Origin: a virus
Lineage: Duplodnaviria; Caudoviricetes
Virus record (IMG/VR): IMGVR_UViG_3300032233_001427
Coordinates: 1-31,532 of that record
Length of the DNA: 31,532 bases
Strand: one strand, 5' to 3'
Shown here in pieces: positions 8,164-17,253 of this stretch; the first letter of the stretch is position 1; each line of letters starts with the position of its first letter. The translations under genes were made by a program, and so were the position numbers. The notes beneath the pieces were generated by a model, which did no database searches, had not been told where the DNA came from, and saw only the letters and a list, made by a program, of their open reading frames with translations.

Positions 8164-9131
8164 TGACCCGCGACCTGCTCACTGGCGCCAACTTTAGAGG
8201 CCCACTTCAAGCGAATGGATCTGCGGGCACTAGCGGCCAAGTGCTTACATCTGCTGGCGCTGGCGCCATTCCTGCTTGGGGCGCTCCTGCTGCATCATCC
8301 GGCAACTACCAAGAATTCACCAGCAGCGGTACTTGGACTAAGCCTGCTGGCGCGACATTGATCTACGTCGAGTGTGTTGGCGGTGGTGCTGGTGGTGGTA
8401 GCGGACGCCGTGGAGCCGCTGCTTCTATACGATGTGGAGGTGGCGGCGGCACATCAGGAAAGTTCACAAGCCGTTGGATGCCTGCATCATTGGCTGGCGC
8501 CACTGAAACTATTACGATTGGTTCTGGCGGAACCGGTGGCGCTGCAATAACAGTAGACAACACAAGTGGTGCAGGAGGTAATAACGGCGGTTCATCTTCG
8601 TTTGGCAGCTTGTTAATTTCTACTGGATCCCCCAACGGCACTGGAGGTACAGGTGGCGGCGGAGTTGGTGGTAGCAGCGTTTATTACGGCAACGCGGCTA
8701 ATGCAGGTATTTATGGAGGTGCAACAGGTGGCGATGCTTCTGCTACTGGAGGTGCTGGTGGCGCTGGTACTAGAGCATCACATGGTCCAGGCGCTGGCGC
8801 TGGTGGCGGTGGAATAAGTACATCAAACGTCGTTAGCAGTGGCGGCATCGGTGGTCAAGGATTTGGCGAAGAAAAAAATAGTGGGGCGGGTATTCAAAGT
8901 ACCGGCGGCGGCGGTTCCGGCAACGGAGCAGGAACGCCTGGCGATAATGGCCCCACTAGAGGTGACGGCGGTGGCGGCGGAGGTGCTTCTAGCTTTGGCC
9001 TGTCAAGCGCAGGCGGCAATGGAGCGTTTCCAGGTGGCGGTGGCGGTGGTGGCGGTGCAAGCCTGAATACCTACCCTTCCGGTGCCGGTGGTAATGGCGC
9101 CGCTGGTTACGTTCGCATCTGGAGCTGGTAA
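8163..9131 (+). CDS. Glycine-rich fibre/adhesin-like protein
   Basis: GTSGQVLTS stem, FTSSGTWTKP, many GGGxG runs, C-terminal GYVRIWSW. Codon usage is more AT-rich than neighbours. Confidence 0.7.
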   Translation: MTRDLLTGANFRGPLQANGSAGTSGQVLTSAGAGAIPAWGAPAASSGNYQEFTSSGTWTKPAGATLIYVECVGGGAGGGSGRRGAAASIRCGGGGGTSGKFTSRWMPASLAGATETITIGSGGTGGAAITVDNTSGAGGNNGGSSSFGSLLISTGSPNGTGGTGGGGVGGSSVYYGNAANAGIYGGATGGDASATGGAGGAGTRASHGPGAGAGGGGISTSNVVSSGGIGGQGFGEEKNSGAGIQSTGGGGSGNGAGTPGDNGPTRGDGGGGGGASSFGLSSAGGNGAFPGGGGGGGGASLNTYPSGAGGNGAAGYVRIWSW

Positions 9132-9133
9132 TT

Positions 9134-9358
9134 ATGGAATACGCAATCCTTGACGCCGACAACAACTGCATCAACCGCATCCTGTGGGATGGTGAATCTC
9201 CTTGGCAACCCCCAGATGGTTGTACAGCAGTCGCAGACCCCGACAACCTCTACCCGAGCTACACAGAACCACAGCCCGAACCTGAAACCAAGGCTGATCC
9301 ACTTGCCAGCCTTACAGATGAACAAAAGGCTGCGCTGATCGCACTGCTGAAATCATGA
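9134..9358 (+). CDS. Small fibre partner/assembly chaperone-like protein
   Basis: YAILD..N.CINRILWDG..PW.PP pattern, paralogous to 22402-22692. Confidence 0.6.
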   Translation: MEYAILDADNNCINRILWDGESPWQPPDGCTAVADPDNLYPSYTEPQPEPETKADPLASLTDEQKAALIALLKS

Positions 9359-9780
9359 CCACCAAACGCGAAACAATTCTCGCCGCGATCCGCACAACGC
9401 TCACCGGCACCACCGGAGTGGGCACGCGGATTTACCGCAGCCGCCCGGAGGCGTTCGCCAGGGCAGAGACGCCGGCCATCAGCATCGAATGGGTTGCTGA
9501 CGACCCCTCGATTGATACCAGCCTGCCCACCCTTACCTGGCGGTTGACGGCCAGGGTGATGGTGATTGTTCGGGGGCTGATACCCGATCAGATCGCCGAC
9601 CCGATTGTTCAGGATGTCCATAGCAGGCTCACCGCTGATCCCTCGCTAGGCGGGATAGCAATGGACGTTCAACCGCTGCCCGTAACCTTTGAATTGCTGG
9701 ACAGCGACCAGCCCGCTGGGGTGGTGAGCTGCGACTACCGCATCGTCTACCGAACCGCTTTCAATGACCTGTCCAATTAA
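9355..9780 (+). CDS. Tail terminator/completion protein (gpU-like)
   Basis: MTTKRETILAAI...RIYRSR...PAI...Y.I.YRT pattern, upstream of the tail tube gene. Confidence 0.7.
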   Translation: MTTKRETILAAIRTTLTGTTGVGTRIYRSRPEAFARAETPAISIEWVADDPSIDTSLPTLTWRLTARVMVIVRGLIPDQIADPIVQDVHSRLTADPSLGGIAMDVQPLPVTFELLDSDQPAGVVSCDYRIVYRTAFNDLSN

Positions 9781-9937
9781 GCCCGTCCGTAGCCTGGTTG
9801 ATGAGTACCAGGGCCAGGGTGGTTCTTACCTGCTGGACCCCAAAACCGGTAAGCGCACTCTCATTGAGCGCACCGAGCCGGCTATCCCTTCCGAGCCCAC
9901 CCCTGAGGAACTGACCAATGGCCCTGCTGGCGCGTAA
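9764..9937 (+). CDS. Small hypothetical protein (57 aa or shorter), not in ORF track
   Basis: Open frame MTCPIKPVRSLVDEYQGQGGSYLLDPKTGKRTLIERTEPA...PAGA* fills the gap between the terminator and tube genes. Start uncertain. Confidence 0.55.
   Translation: MTCPIKPVRSLVDEYQGQGGSYLLDPKTGKRTLIERTEPAIPSEPTPEELTNGPAGA
9790..9796 (+). promoter_or_regulatory. Putative late promoter motif TAGCCTG (tail tube operon)
   Basis: Core motif just after the gpU-like stop. Confidence 0.45.
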
Positions 9938-10853
9938 GAGTTACATCCTGGCCAAGGCCGAATCGACCTATGGCACTAACAGCACCCCGGCCAACACGGA
10001 CGCGGTGCTGGTAAAAAACCTCGATCTCACCCCCCTGGCCGGTGACGTAGTCAGTCGGGATCTGATCCGCGGGTATCTGGGCAACTCAGAAGGCCTGATT
10101 GCGAAGACCTACGCAGAGCTGAAGTTCGACGTCGAGCTTGCTGGATCCGGCGTAGCAGGCACGGCCCCGCGCTACTCCAACCTGCTGTTGGCCTCTGGCA
10201 TGGCAATGACCACGGTGGCCAGCACCAGCAACACCTACGCCCCCGTCTCAGGCAGCTTCGGATCATCGACCCTCGTCTACAACACGGACGGGCTGAATCA
10301 CGCACTGACCGGCTGCCGTGGCTCGTTCTCGATCAAGGGTGAGGTGGGCCAGATTCCTTCGCTCAGTTTCTCCATGATCGGCCAATACAACGCTCCCACC
10401 GACACGTCGCCTGTCAGCGCCAGCTACACCACCCAGGCCACGCCGCTGGTGTTCCGCCAGGGCAACACCTCCGCGTTCTCCATCTTCGGTTACAGCGGCT
10501 TGCTGCAGTCGTTTGATTTCGACATCGCCAATGAAACCGTCTACCGGCAGCTGGTCGGCGGCGGCAATGGCGAAGTGTTGATCACGGATCGCAAGCCCAG
10601 CGGATCTTGCATGATCGAAGCCCCCACGCTCGCCACCAAGGACTTCTTCCAAATCGCCCTTGCGTCAGCAACTGGCGGCCTGACGTTCACCCACGGCACC
10701 ACGGCCGGGAACCGGGTTGTGTTCAACAGCCCCCAGACTGACATCACCACACCCGCCTACGGCGAGCAAGACGGCGTTCGGATGCTGAACCTGCCCTTCG
10801 TGTCGGTGCCGACCACAGCGGGCAACGACGAGGTTTCGCTCGTTTTCTCCTGA
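9918..10853 (+). CDS. Major tail tube protein
   Basis: 311 aa, ILAKAESTYG start, GC.G.FSI..EVGQIP.L.F, ITDRKPSG, GNDE end. Lies before the chaperone and tape-measure genes. Confidence 0.85.
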   Translation: MALLARKSYILAKAESTYGTNSTPANTDAVLVKNLDLTPLAGDVVSRDLIRGYLGNSEGLIAKTYAELKFDVELAGSGVAGTAPRYSNLLLASGMAMTTVASTSNTYAPVSGSFGSSTLVYNTDGLNHALTGCRGSFSIKGEVGQIPSLSFSMIGQYNAPTDTSPVSASYTTQATPLVFRQGNTSAFSIFGYSGLLQSFDFDIANETVYRQLVGGGNGEVLITDRKPSGSCMIEAPTLATKDFFQIALASATGGLTFTHGTTAGNRVVFNSPQTDITTPAYGEQDGVRMLNLPFVSVPTTAGNDEVSLVFS

Positions 10854-10894
10854 TTCGCTGGCCTTGCGGAACCACCACCACCACCAACCCATCA

Positions 10895-11275
10895 ATGGCC
10901 TTCATCCTCAAGCAATCGGACACCTACAACTGGCCGGTGCCGTTTGATGTGCCGACCGATGGCGGCCGGTTCCTCAAGCAATCGTTTGATGCTGAGTTCA
11001 AGCGGCCAACCCAAACCCGAATTGTTGAGATCCAGGAATCGGTGATGGCCCGCCTGCGCGCCATCCAGAACGACCAGGACACCGAAGGCATGATCACCGA
11101 CCAGCAGATCGCTGGTGAGGTGCTGGTGGGCTGGGCCGGAATTGATGACGGCGAAGGCGGCGAGGTGCCGTTCTCCGAAAAGGCCAAGACCCAGGTGCTC
11201 GACGTGCCATCTGTTTCGGCGGCGATCGTTGAGGCGTTCTTTGATTCGCTCAAGGGGGCGAAGAGAAAAAACTAA
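10895..11275 (+). CDS. Tail assembly chaperone (gpG-like)
   Basis: VLVGW.GI.D..G..VPFS motif. Ends K-N-stop on the slippery sequence A AAA AAC. Confidence 0.85.
   Translation: MAFILKQSDTYNWPVPFDVPTDGGRFLKQSFDAEFKRPTQTRIVEIQESVMARLRAIQNDQDTEGMITDQQIAGEVLVGWAGIDDGEGGEVPFSEKAKTQVLDVPSVSAAIVEAFFDSLKGAKRKN
11266..11272 (+). other. Programmed -1 ribosomal frameshift site A AAA AAC
   Basis: X XXY YYZ heptamer in the correct phase just before the gpG stop, with the -1 frame open. Confidence 0.8.
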
Positions 11276-11598
11276 TCGACGCTGCCGAGCACTGGCTCGG
11301 TGGCGATCAAGGCGACAAGGATCTAGAGAAAGCCGCCCAGGCCTTCAACATTGTCCCGGATGAGACGGGGAAATCGCCGCACTTCGAGGTGTGGGAGGAA
11401 AACTGGGAAACGGTGGAAATGTTCCTACGCCTAGAGACTCAATGGCGCGTAGGAATGAACGGGATTATCGGCCTGGATTATGTCGCTGCAAGGTGGCTCT
11501 TTAGCCTGTATGCAGTGAAGGAGCCGGCCGCACTCTTGGAGGATCTGCAGGTGATTGAATCGGCGATCCTGGCGGCAAAAGCTAAGCGGGAGGCATAG
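11272..11598 (+). CDS. Tail assembly chaperone extension (gpT/DUF1799-like), reached by -1 frameshift
   Basis: The -1 frame is open from 11272 (LIDAAEHW...FEVWEENW...TQWRVGM.G..GLDY) to the TAG ending at 11598. Confidence 0.8.
   Translation, partial: LIDAAEHWLGGDQGDKDLEKAAQAFNIVPDETGKSPHFEVWEENWETVEMFLRLETQWRVGMNGIIGLDYVAARWLFSLYAVKEPAALLEDLQVIESAILAAKAKREA
11502..11508 (+). promoter_or_regulatory. Putative late promoter motif TAGCCTG (tape measure)
   Basis: Core motif inside the gpT frame, ~100 nt before the tape-measure ATG. Confidence 0.35.
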
Positions 11599-11600
11599 CC

Positions 11601-14315
11601 ATGGCGATGAACATGGATGCGCTGCTCCGCATCAAAGCCGACGTACAAGGCGCAAACCAGATCGTCGCCCTTAACCGCGGACTGCAGTCGGTTGAGGGAA
11701 CAGCCAAAGGCGTTACAGGCGCCATGCGTGGCCTCACTGGAGCTGCTGGCGGCCTGTCTGGTGCATTGGGCGCACTGGCCCCGCTGCTCAGCGTGGCGGG
11801 CCTGGTGGGCCTGGCTAAGGGTTCGCTGGATGCAGGCGACAAGATGTACGACCTAGCGCAGCGCACCGGCGTGAGCGTCGAGGCCCTGGCCAGGTTCAAG
11901 AAGGCAGCGGCCACCAGCGGCACGGATATTGATGCGGTGAGCAAGGCGCTGGTAAAGCTGTCCAAGGGGATGGTGGATGCAGCTGCTGGGAGCAAGCAGC
12001 AGATGAGCGCATTCAAGGCCCTAGGAATCAACATCAAGGATTCAAGCGGCCAGCTGAAATCCGCTGATGCGGTGACGCTCGAGGTGGCCAACAGGTTTAA
12101 GGCGATGCCTGATGGCGTCGCAAAAACTGCGCTGTCGCTGAAGCTGTTTGGCAAGGCTGGCGCCGAGATGATTCCCATGCTCAATATGGGCGGCGATGCG
12201 ATCGACAAACTGTCGGTCAAAATGACCACGGCCTTTGCGCAGAAGGCCGACGCCTACAGCGACAAGTTGGCAGCGCTTAGCGGGAAGGTGGGCGCCCTGG
12301 GCGCTGATCTGCTGATCATGCTGCTGCCTGCGCTGGACAAGATCACAGATGCTGTAACGGGTGCCGTCACGGCGTTCAACAACCTGCCGGATCCCGTCAA
12401 AAACTTTGCCATCTCTGGGGCCGCCATTGCCATTGCATGGGGCCCAGTGGTTTCCCTGATCAAAGGCGCCATAGGGGTCTTTGCGCTTTTGACCACTGCG
12501 CAGGCGTCGGCAGGCGCCGCGGCAGCGGCTTCGGCACCCGAATACATAGCGGCCAGCGGAGGGATGTCATCGGCGGCTATTGCCGGCGGGAAATTACTTT
12601 CCGTTTTATCGCGTCTCGCTACCATTGGAATCATCACCGTTGGGGTGAACTATGTGACCAACGTCGTTGGTGCGGCAATGACGCTAAAACAGCTTCAGGA
12701 CCGCGACAAGCGAGGCGGAGCCGCAGCGGATTTCGCAGGAGCCACCAGGCAGCAAGTCATAGAAGCGCAGGAGAAGCAGCGCAGGAACTTAAAAAATCTG
12801 GAGAGGCAAGACAACCAACGGCGCAGCAACCTGGCAAGCAATCCTCTTCTGCAGATTCCACTTATACAAGCTGCGCTTTCACCTTTTATGGTTGCCGAGC
12901 AAAACGGCATTGGCTACAAAGCAAAATATGCTCAAGGCGTCTTAGGCCTTGACCCAAAGAAATTCCGCAATGCACCTGCTGGCACTGGCGGGTTCAATCC
13001 TGACCTTGGGGCGTTAAATACCGGCGGCGGTGGCGGCGGAGACAAGAAAAAAGGTGACGATAAAACTGAATCCAACCTCAAAAAACTGGAGCTAGATGCC
13101 GCACGTATTGCGCTGCAGGCTCAGTACGTCAAAGACGAAAGACAGATCAACGATCTCAAGCGCATCGGCAACGGATTCCAGGCCAATGGGAACACTCTGA
13201 AAGCCTTTGAGGTGGCGAAGAGTGAGGCAATCCTTCAGGCCAAGATGGCCGAGAAAAAGGTCACAGATGAAACGCTGCTCAAGCTGAAGGAGAGCGCAGA
13301 CGATAAAGACAAGGCAAACCGCAAGCAGCGTGATACCAACATCCTGGCGGAGGCTGCTGTCAAGGTGGCGGAAGAGGAAGAGAAGCTCCGCTCCAAGCTG
13401 TTGGATATTGATCAGCAGATCACGGAGGAGCGCAAAAAACAGGCAAGGGACCAAGAGAAAACTCTCGGCGACATCCGCAACCGCACCAAGTACGCAATCA
13501 TTGGCGCCACTCAAGGCGGCGAGGCGGAATCACGGCAGCGAGAAATGGACGACATCAAACGGCGGATTGATGACGCCAAGGGCCGTGGCGACAGCGATGA
13601 GGCAAGGCGCTTGCAGGAGCAGCTAGATGCTTTGATTGCCCAGTTCAGGGAGATGGACGCCCTGGCCAACAATGCGGCGTTTGGTTTCGCCAAAGGGATT
13701 CGTGGCTACCTAGACGGGATCGGCAGCCTGGCCGACAGCATGGCGGGGCTCACCAGAAACGTGTTGCAAGGGCTAGAGGACAAGCTGGTCGAGTTCGTCA
13801 CCACCGGCAAGATCAACTTCCGTGATTTCGCCAACGAGATCATCAAGCAACTGATCCGCATTGCGATTCAGCAGGCCATTTTGAAACCCTTGCTGCAGGG
13901 ATTTGGCAGCATTTTTGGTGGGGCTAGCGGCGGAGCCGGGATTGCCGGGGGGCAGTCAATCCTGGCGGCAGCCAACGGGATGGTCGCCGCCAACGGCATC
14001 CAGCCCTTCGCTGCTGGTGGGATCGTCAACCGCCCGACGTTCTTCAAGTTTGCCCAGGGCGGCGCGATGCAAAACGGCCTGATGGGAGAGGCTGGGCCCG
14101 AGGGGATACTTCCACTCAAGCGGGGCCGTGATGGGAAGCTTGGCGTCATCTCCAGCGGCGGAGCCGGAACCACCAACATCACCATTGCGGTTGACGCAAA
14201 GGGAACCAAGGCCGAGGGCGACCAGGCCCGCTCCGGCGCCCTGGCCCGGGACCTGGCCGCCGTGGTTGACCAGCGGCTGGTGTACCACAAACGCCCTGGG
14301 GGGATCCTCGCCTAA
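11601..14315 (+). CDS. Tape measure protein
   Basis: 904 aa, Ala/Gly-rich and helical, with a lambda-type C-terminal region (FVTTGKINF.DFA, FAAGGIV, MGEAGPEGILPL). Confidence 0.93.
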   Translation: MAMNMDALLRIKADVQGANQIVALNRGLQSVEGTAKGVTGAMRGLTGAAGGLSGALGALAPLLSVAGLVGLAKGSLDAGDKMYDLAQRTGVSVEALARFKKAAATSGTDIDAVSKALVKLSKGMVDAAAGSKQQMSAFKALGINIKDSSGQLKSADAVTLEVANRFKAMPDGVAKTALSLKLFGKAGAEMIPMLNMGGDAIDKLSVKMTTAFAQKADAYSDKLAALSGKVGALGADLLIMLLPALDKITDAVTGAVTAFNNLPDPVKNFAISGAAIAIAWGPVVSLIKGAIGVFALLTTAQASAGAAAAASAPEYIAASGGMSSAAIAGGKLLSVLSRLATIGIITVGVNYVTNVVGAAMTLKQLQDRDKRGGAAADFAGATRQQVIEAQEKQRRNLKNLERQDNQRRSNLASNPLLQIPLIQAALSPFMVAEQNGIGYKAKYAQGVLGLDPKKFRNAPAGTGGFNPDLGALNTGGGGGGDKKKGDDKTESNLKKLELDAARIALQAQYVKDERQINDLKRIGNGFQANGNTLKAFEVAKSEAILQAKMAEKKVTDETLLKLKESADDKDKANRKQRDTNILAEAAVKVAEEEEKLRSKLLDIDQQITEERKKQARDQEKTLGDIRNRTKYAIIGATQGGEAESRQREMDDIKRRIDDAKGRGDSDEARRLQEQLDALIAQFREMDALANNAAFGFAKGIRGYLDGIGSLADSMAGLTRNVLQGLEDKLVEFVTTGKINFRDFANEIIKQLIRIAIQQAILKPLLQGFGSIFGGASGGAGIAGGQSILAAANGMVAANGIQPFAAGGIVNRPTFFKFAQGGAMQNGLMGEAGPEGILPLKRGRDGKLGVISSGGAGTTNITIAVDAKGTKAEGDQARSGALARDLAAVVDQRLVYHKRPGGILA

Positions 14316-14650
14316 TGGCTACCTTCACCTGGACGCCCAGCTACGAGGCCACCGAGAACAGCAAGCCTCGGGTGCGCAAATTCCAGGCCGGCGACGGCTA
14401 TGAAACCAGGATCAGGTTCGGCCTGAATACCGACCCCAAGGAATGGCCGTTGACATTTGCAGAGCGCACCAACACTGAGCGCGATGCAATCCTGGCGTTC
14501 CTTGAGGCACGGGCAGGGGCTGAAAGATTTGACTGGACATCGCCCCGGGGGATTGCCGGGAAGTACATCTGCGAGGAATGGTCCTGCACCCTGCGGGCTT
14601 ACAACTTCAACACGATCCAGGCCACCTTCCGCCAGGTGTTTGAGCCCTGA
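14315..14650 (+). CDS. Minor tail protein M (distal tail)
   Basis: MATFTWTP...GDGYE.RI..GLN...FLEAR.G...FDWT.P...ATFRQVFEP. Confidence 0.92.
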   Translation: MATFTWTPSYEATENSKPRVRKFQAGDGYETRIRFGLNTDPKEWPLTFAERTNTERDAILAFLEARAGAERFDWTSPRGIAGKYICEEWSCTLRAYNFNTIQATFRQVFEP

Positions 14651-15990
14651 TGGCAGTCCCCATTTCAGAGCTCCAATCAGTCGCCCCTAGCGCAGTCATC
14701 GAGCTGTTCACGCTGGAGCTCAATCTGGCCCAGCACGGGATCGCCGAAACCTACCGCTTCCACGCCGGCACCAATGTAAGCGGCGGAAATCTGGTGTGGG
14801 CCGGGAACACCTACCTGGCGATGGCCATTGAGGCGTCGGGCTTTGAATACTCCGGGAATGGCCAGCTGCCCCGCCCGAAGATACGGGTGAGCAACACCAT
14901 GGGCACCATCACGGCGCTCATCCTGTCGCTGCCCAATGGCTTGGAGGCCGCGAAGGTCACCCGGATTCGGACCCTGGCGAGGTATCTCGACGGCGTGAAC
15001 TGGCCAGGTGGCGTGAACCCCCTGGGGAGCCCTCAGCCTGATTGCGAATTTCCCAGAGAAGTGTTCTTCCTGGATCGCAAATCAGCGGAAACCAGGGAGG
15101 TGGTCGAGTTTGAGATGTGCAGCGCCTTCGATCTCGCCAACGTCAGGGCGCCAAAGCGGCAGTGCATCGCCAACATCTGCCCTTGGGTCTACCGCTCTGC
15201 TGAGTGCAGCTACAGCCGGCCTGGGTACTTCGACATCAACAACAACCCGGTCGGTTCGCTGGCTCTGGACGTTTGCAATAAGCGCCTCGACGGCTGCGAA
15301 ACGCGGTTAAGCGTGTTCACCAGGGCCGGCACCGTCACGGTGGGCAGCAACGTCCTGACCCTGGCCAGCACCGCCTCCATCCTGCCGGGCGATCCGATCC
15401 GCGGATGGGGCCTGCCAACCGGCACCACGGCCAGCGCGGTGACCAGCTCCACCACGCTGGCCCTGAGCGCCAACGCCACAGCTTCGAGCAGCGCATCGAA
15501 GACCGGCACAGCATCAGCCACGGCTGCAACCCTGGCGGTAGCCAATACCACTGGGCTGGCGGTGGGGATGGCGGTAGCCGGCACCTACATGAACGCCGCC
15601 ACGATTGCCGGAATCAGCGGCACCACGCTGACCTTGAGCCAGAGGCCGTACAGCTTCACCCGCTCCGGGACTTATGACGCTGTTTACGGTTATTCCTACG
15701 GCTACGATGGAGTATTTTTATCAGATACAACTGGCATAGTTGTAGGTACGCGAGTATTTGGCTCTTTTGGACTTAATACAACCGTTAGATCTGTTTCGAC
15801 TGGAAAAGTTATTCTTAACGTTCTGAGCAGCTCCGTAAAAGATAACGCAGCAGTGACTCTGTACTTCATGCCGGCATCGCCAGCCGCCAGCACCTACACA
15901 TTCACGGCTGACACCACCTACGCATTCAGGGACCCGGCCGCTGAGCTGCCCTACGGCGGATTCCCGGGAGTGGGGGCGAGCGGTTACTAA
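14650..15990 (+). CDS. Minor tail protein L with large internal insertion
   Basis: gpL motifs [32 protein letters not shown]....C and terminal PYGGFPG. About 212 aa extra before the last motif. Confidence 0.88.
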   Translation: MAVPISELQSVAPSAVIELFTLELNLAQHGIAETYRFHAGTNVSGGNLVWAGNTYLAMAIEASGFEYSGNGQLPRPKIRVSNTMGTITALILSLPNGLEAAKVTRIRTLARYLDGVNWPGGVNPLGSPQPDCEFPREVFFLDRKSAETREVVEFEMCSAFDLANVRAPKRQCIANICPWVYRSAECSYSRPGYFDINNNPVGSLALDVCNKRLDGCETRLSVFTRAGTVTVGSNVLTLASTASILPGDPIRGWGLPTGTTASAVTSSTTLALSANATASSSASKTGTASATAATLAVANTTGLAVGMAVAGTYMNAATIAGISGTTLTLSQRPYSFTRSGTYDAVYGYSYGYDGVFLSDTTGIVVGTRVFGSFGLNTTVRSVSTGKVILNVLSSSVKDNAAVTLYFMPASPAASTYTFTADTTYAFRDPAAELPYGGFPGVGASGY

Positions 15991-16697
15991 TGGCCTGGCG
16001 AGATGATGCACTGATCCACGCCCAGGCAGAAGACCCGCGGGAGGCCTGCGGGCTGGTCGTTGTAATTAAGGGGCGCCGCAGATATTGGCCCTGCCGGAAC
16101 ATCAGCACCGAGCCGGGTGGGTTTTTCACTATCGACCCAGACGACTGGGCGGCGGCAGAAGACGCAGGCGAAGTGGTGGCCGTATTTCACTCTCACCCCG
16201 TCACCCCGCCAACGCCCAGCCCAGCGGATCGGGTGGCGTGCGAAGCATTAGGCCTGCCCTGGCGCATCGTGAATCCCAAAACCTTGGCGTGGGGCAAGTG
16301 TGAGCCCTGCGGCTACAAAGCCCCCCTGATCGGCCGGGAGTGGGTGTGGGGAGTGCAGGACTGCTGGACCCTGGCCCGGGACTGGTACGCAGAGCAGGGC
16401 CTGCAGCTGCGTGACTGGGAGCGCCCACGGAGCCCGGATCAATTCCTGGCGGCGCCGATGTTTGACGGCTGCTGGCGTGAAACCGGGTTCCGAGAGCTGG
16501 CAGAGGAGGAGGAACTCCAGCCCGGTGACCTGCTGCTGATGTCAATCAGCGCGGTGGGCCTCAATCACTGCGCTGTCTACCTAGGCGATCAGATGGTCCT
16601 GCATCACCTCCAGCACCGCCTTTCATCCCGCGATCTGTATGGGGGATGGCTCCTAAAATGTACTGGAAGGAGGTTGCGCCATGCTCCGCAAGATTAA
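15990..16697 (+). CDS. Tail assembly protein K (JAB/MPN + NlpC/P60)
   Basis: P.EACG, HSHP......S.AD, DCW and NHCAVY motifs. Confidence 0.93.
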   Translation: MAWRDDALIHAQAEDPREACGLVVVIKGRRRYWPCRNISTEPGGFFTIDPDDWAAAEDAGEVVAVFHSHPVTPPTPSPADRVACEALGLPWRIVNPKTLAWGKCEPCGYKAPLIGREWVWGVQDCWTLARDWYAEQGLQLRDWERPRSPDQFLAAPMFDGCWRETGFRELAEEEELQPGDLLLMSISAVGLNHCAVYLGDQMVLHHLQHRLSSRDLYGGWLLKCTGRRLRHAPQD

Positions 16698-17253
16698 ACT
16701 CTACGGCAAGCTGGCAAAGTTTATTGGCCATCGCACGCTGGAGGCCGACGTAGCAACAGCGGCTGAGGCTGCTCGTTTTCTGGTTGCAAATTGGCCGGAG
16801 CTGGAGAAGCACATGGCCGACCAGCACTATCGCGTAAGCCTTGGAAGTTACGACCTAAGCGAAGATGAATTGCACGATCCTGCGGGGCGGCAGGTGATCA
16901 AGATCGCGCCCGTTGTGGGTGGTGCTGGAGCAGTGGGGAAGATTATTGCGGGGATCGCGTTGATTGCCGGCGCCTTCATCATCGGCCAGCCATGGCTGGG
17001 TGCGTTTGCCTTTCAACTGATAGTGGGAGTGGGCTCCGCGTTGGTCTTGGGCGGCGTTGCTCAACTCATTAGCCCGACTCCCAAGACGCCTATGGGATTG
17101 GACAGCGAGCAAGACCCGCAGAAGAGCTATTCCTTCTCGGGCATTCAGAACACCTCGCGCGCTGGCGTGCCGGTGCCCATTGTGTACGGCGAGACGATGG
17201 TGGGTTCAGTTGTAATCAGTGCCGGGATTGACACCGTTCAGGTGGTGGCATGA
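16681..17253 (+). CDS. Tail assembly protein I
   Basis: [25 protein letters not shown]...[12 protein letters not shown]. Confidence 0.93.
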   Translation: MLRKIKLYGKLAKFIGHRTLEADVATAAEAARFLVANWPELEKHMADQHYRVSLGSYDLSEDELHDPAGRQVIKIAPVVGGAGAVGKIIAGIALIAGAFIIGQPWLGAFAFQLIVGVGSALVLGGVAQLISPTPKTPMGLDSEQDPQKSYSFSGIQNTSRAGVPVPIVYGETMVGSVVISAGIDTVQVVA

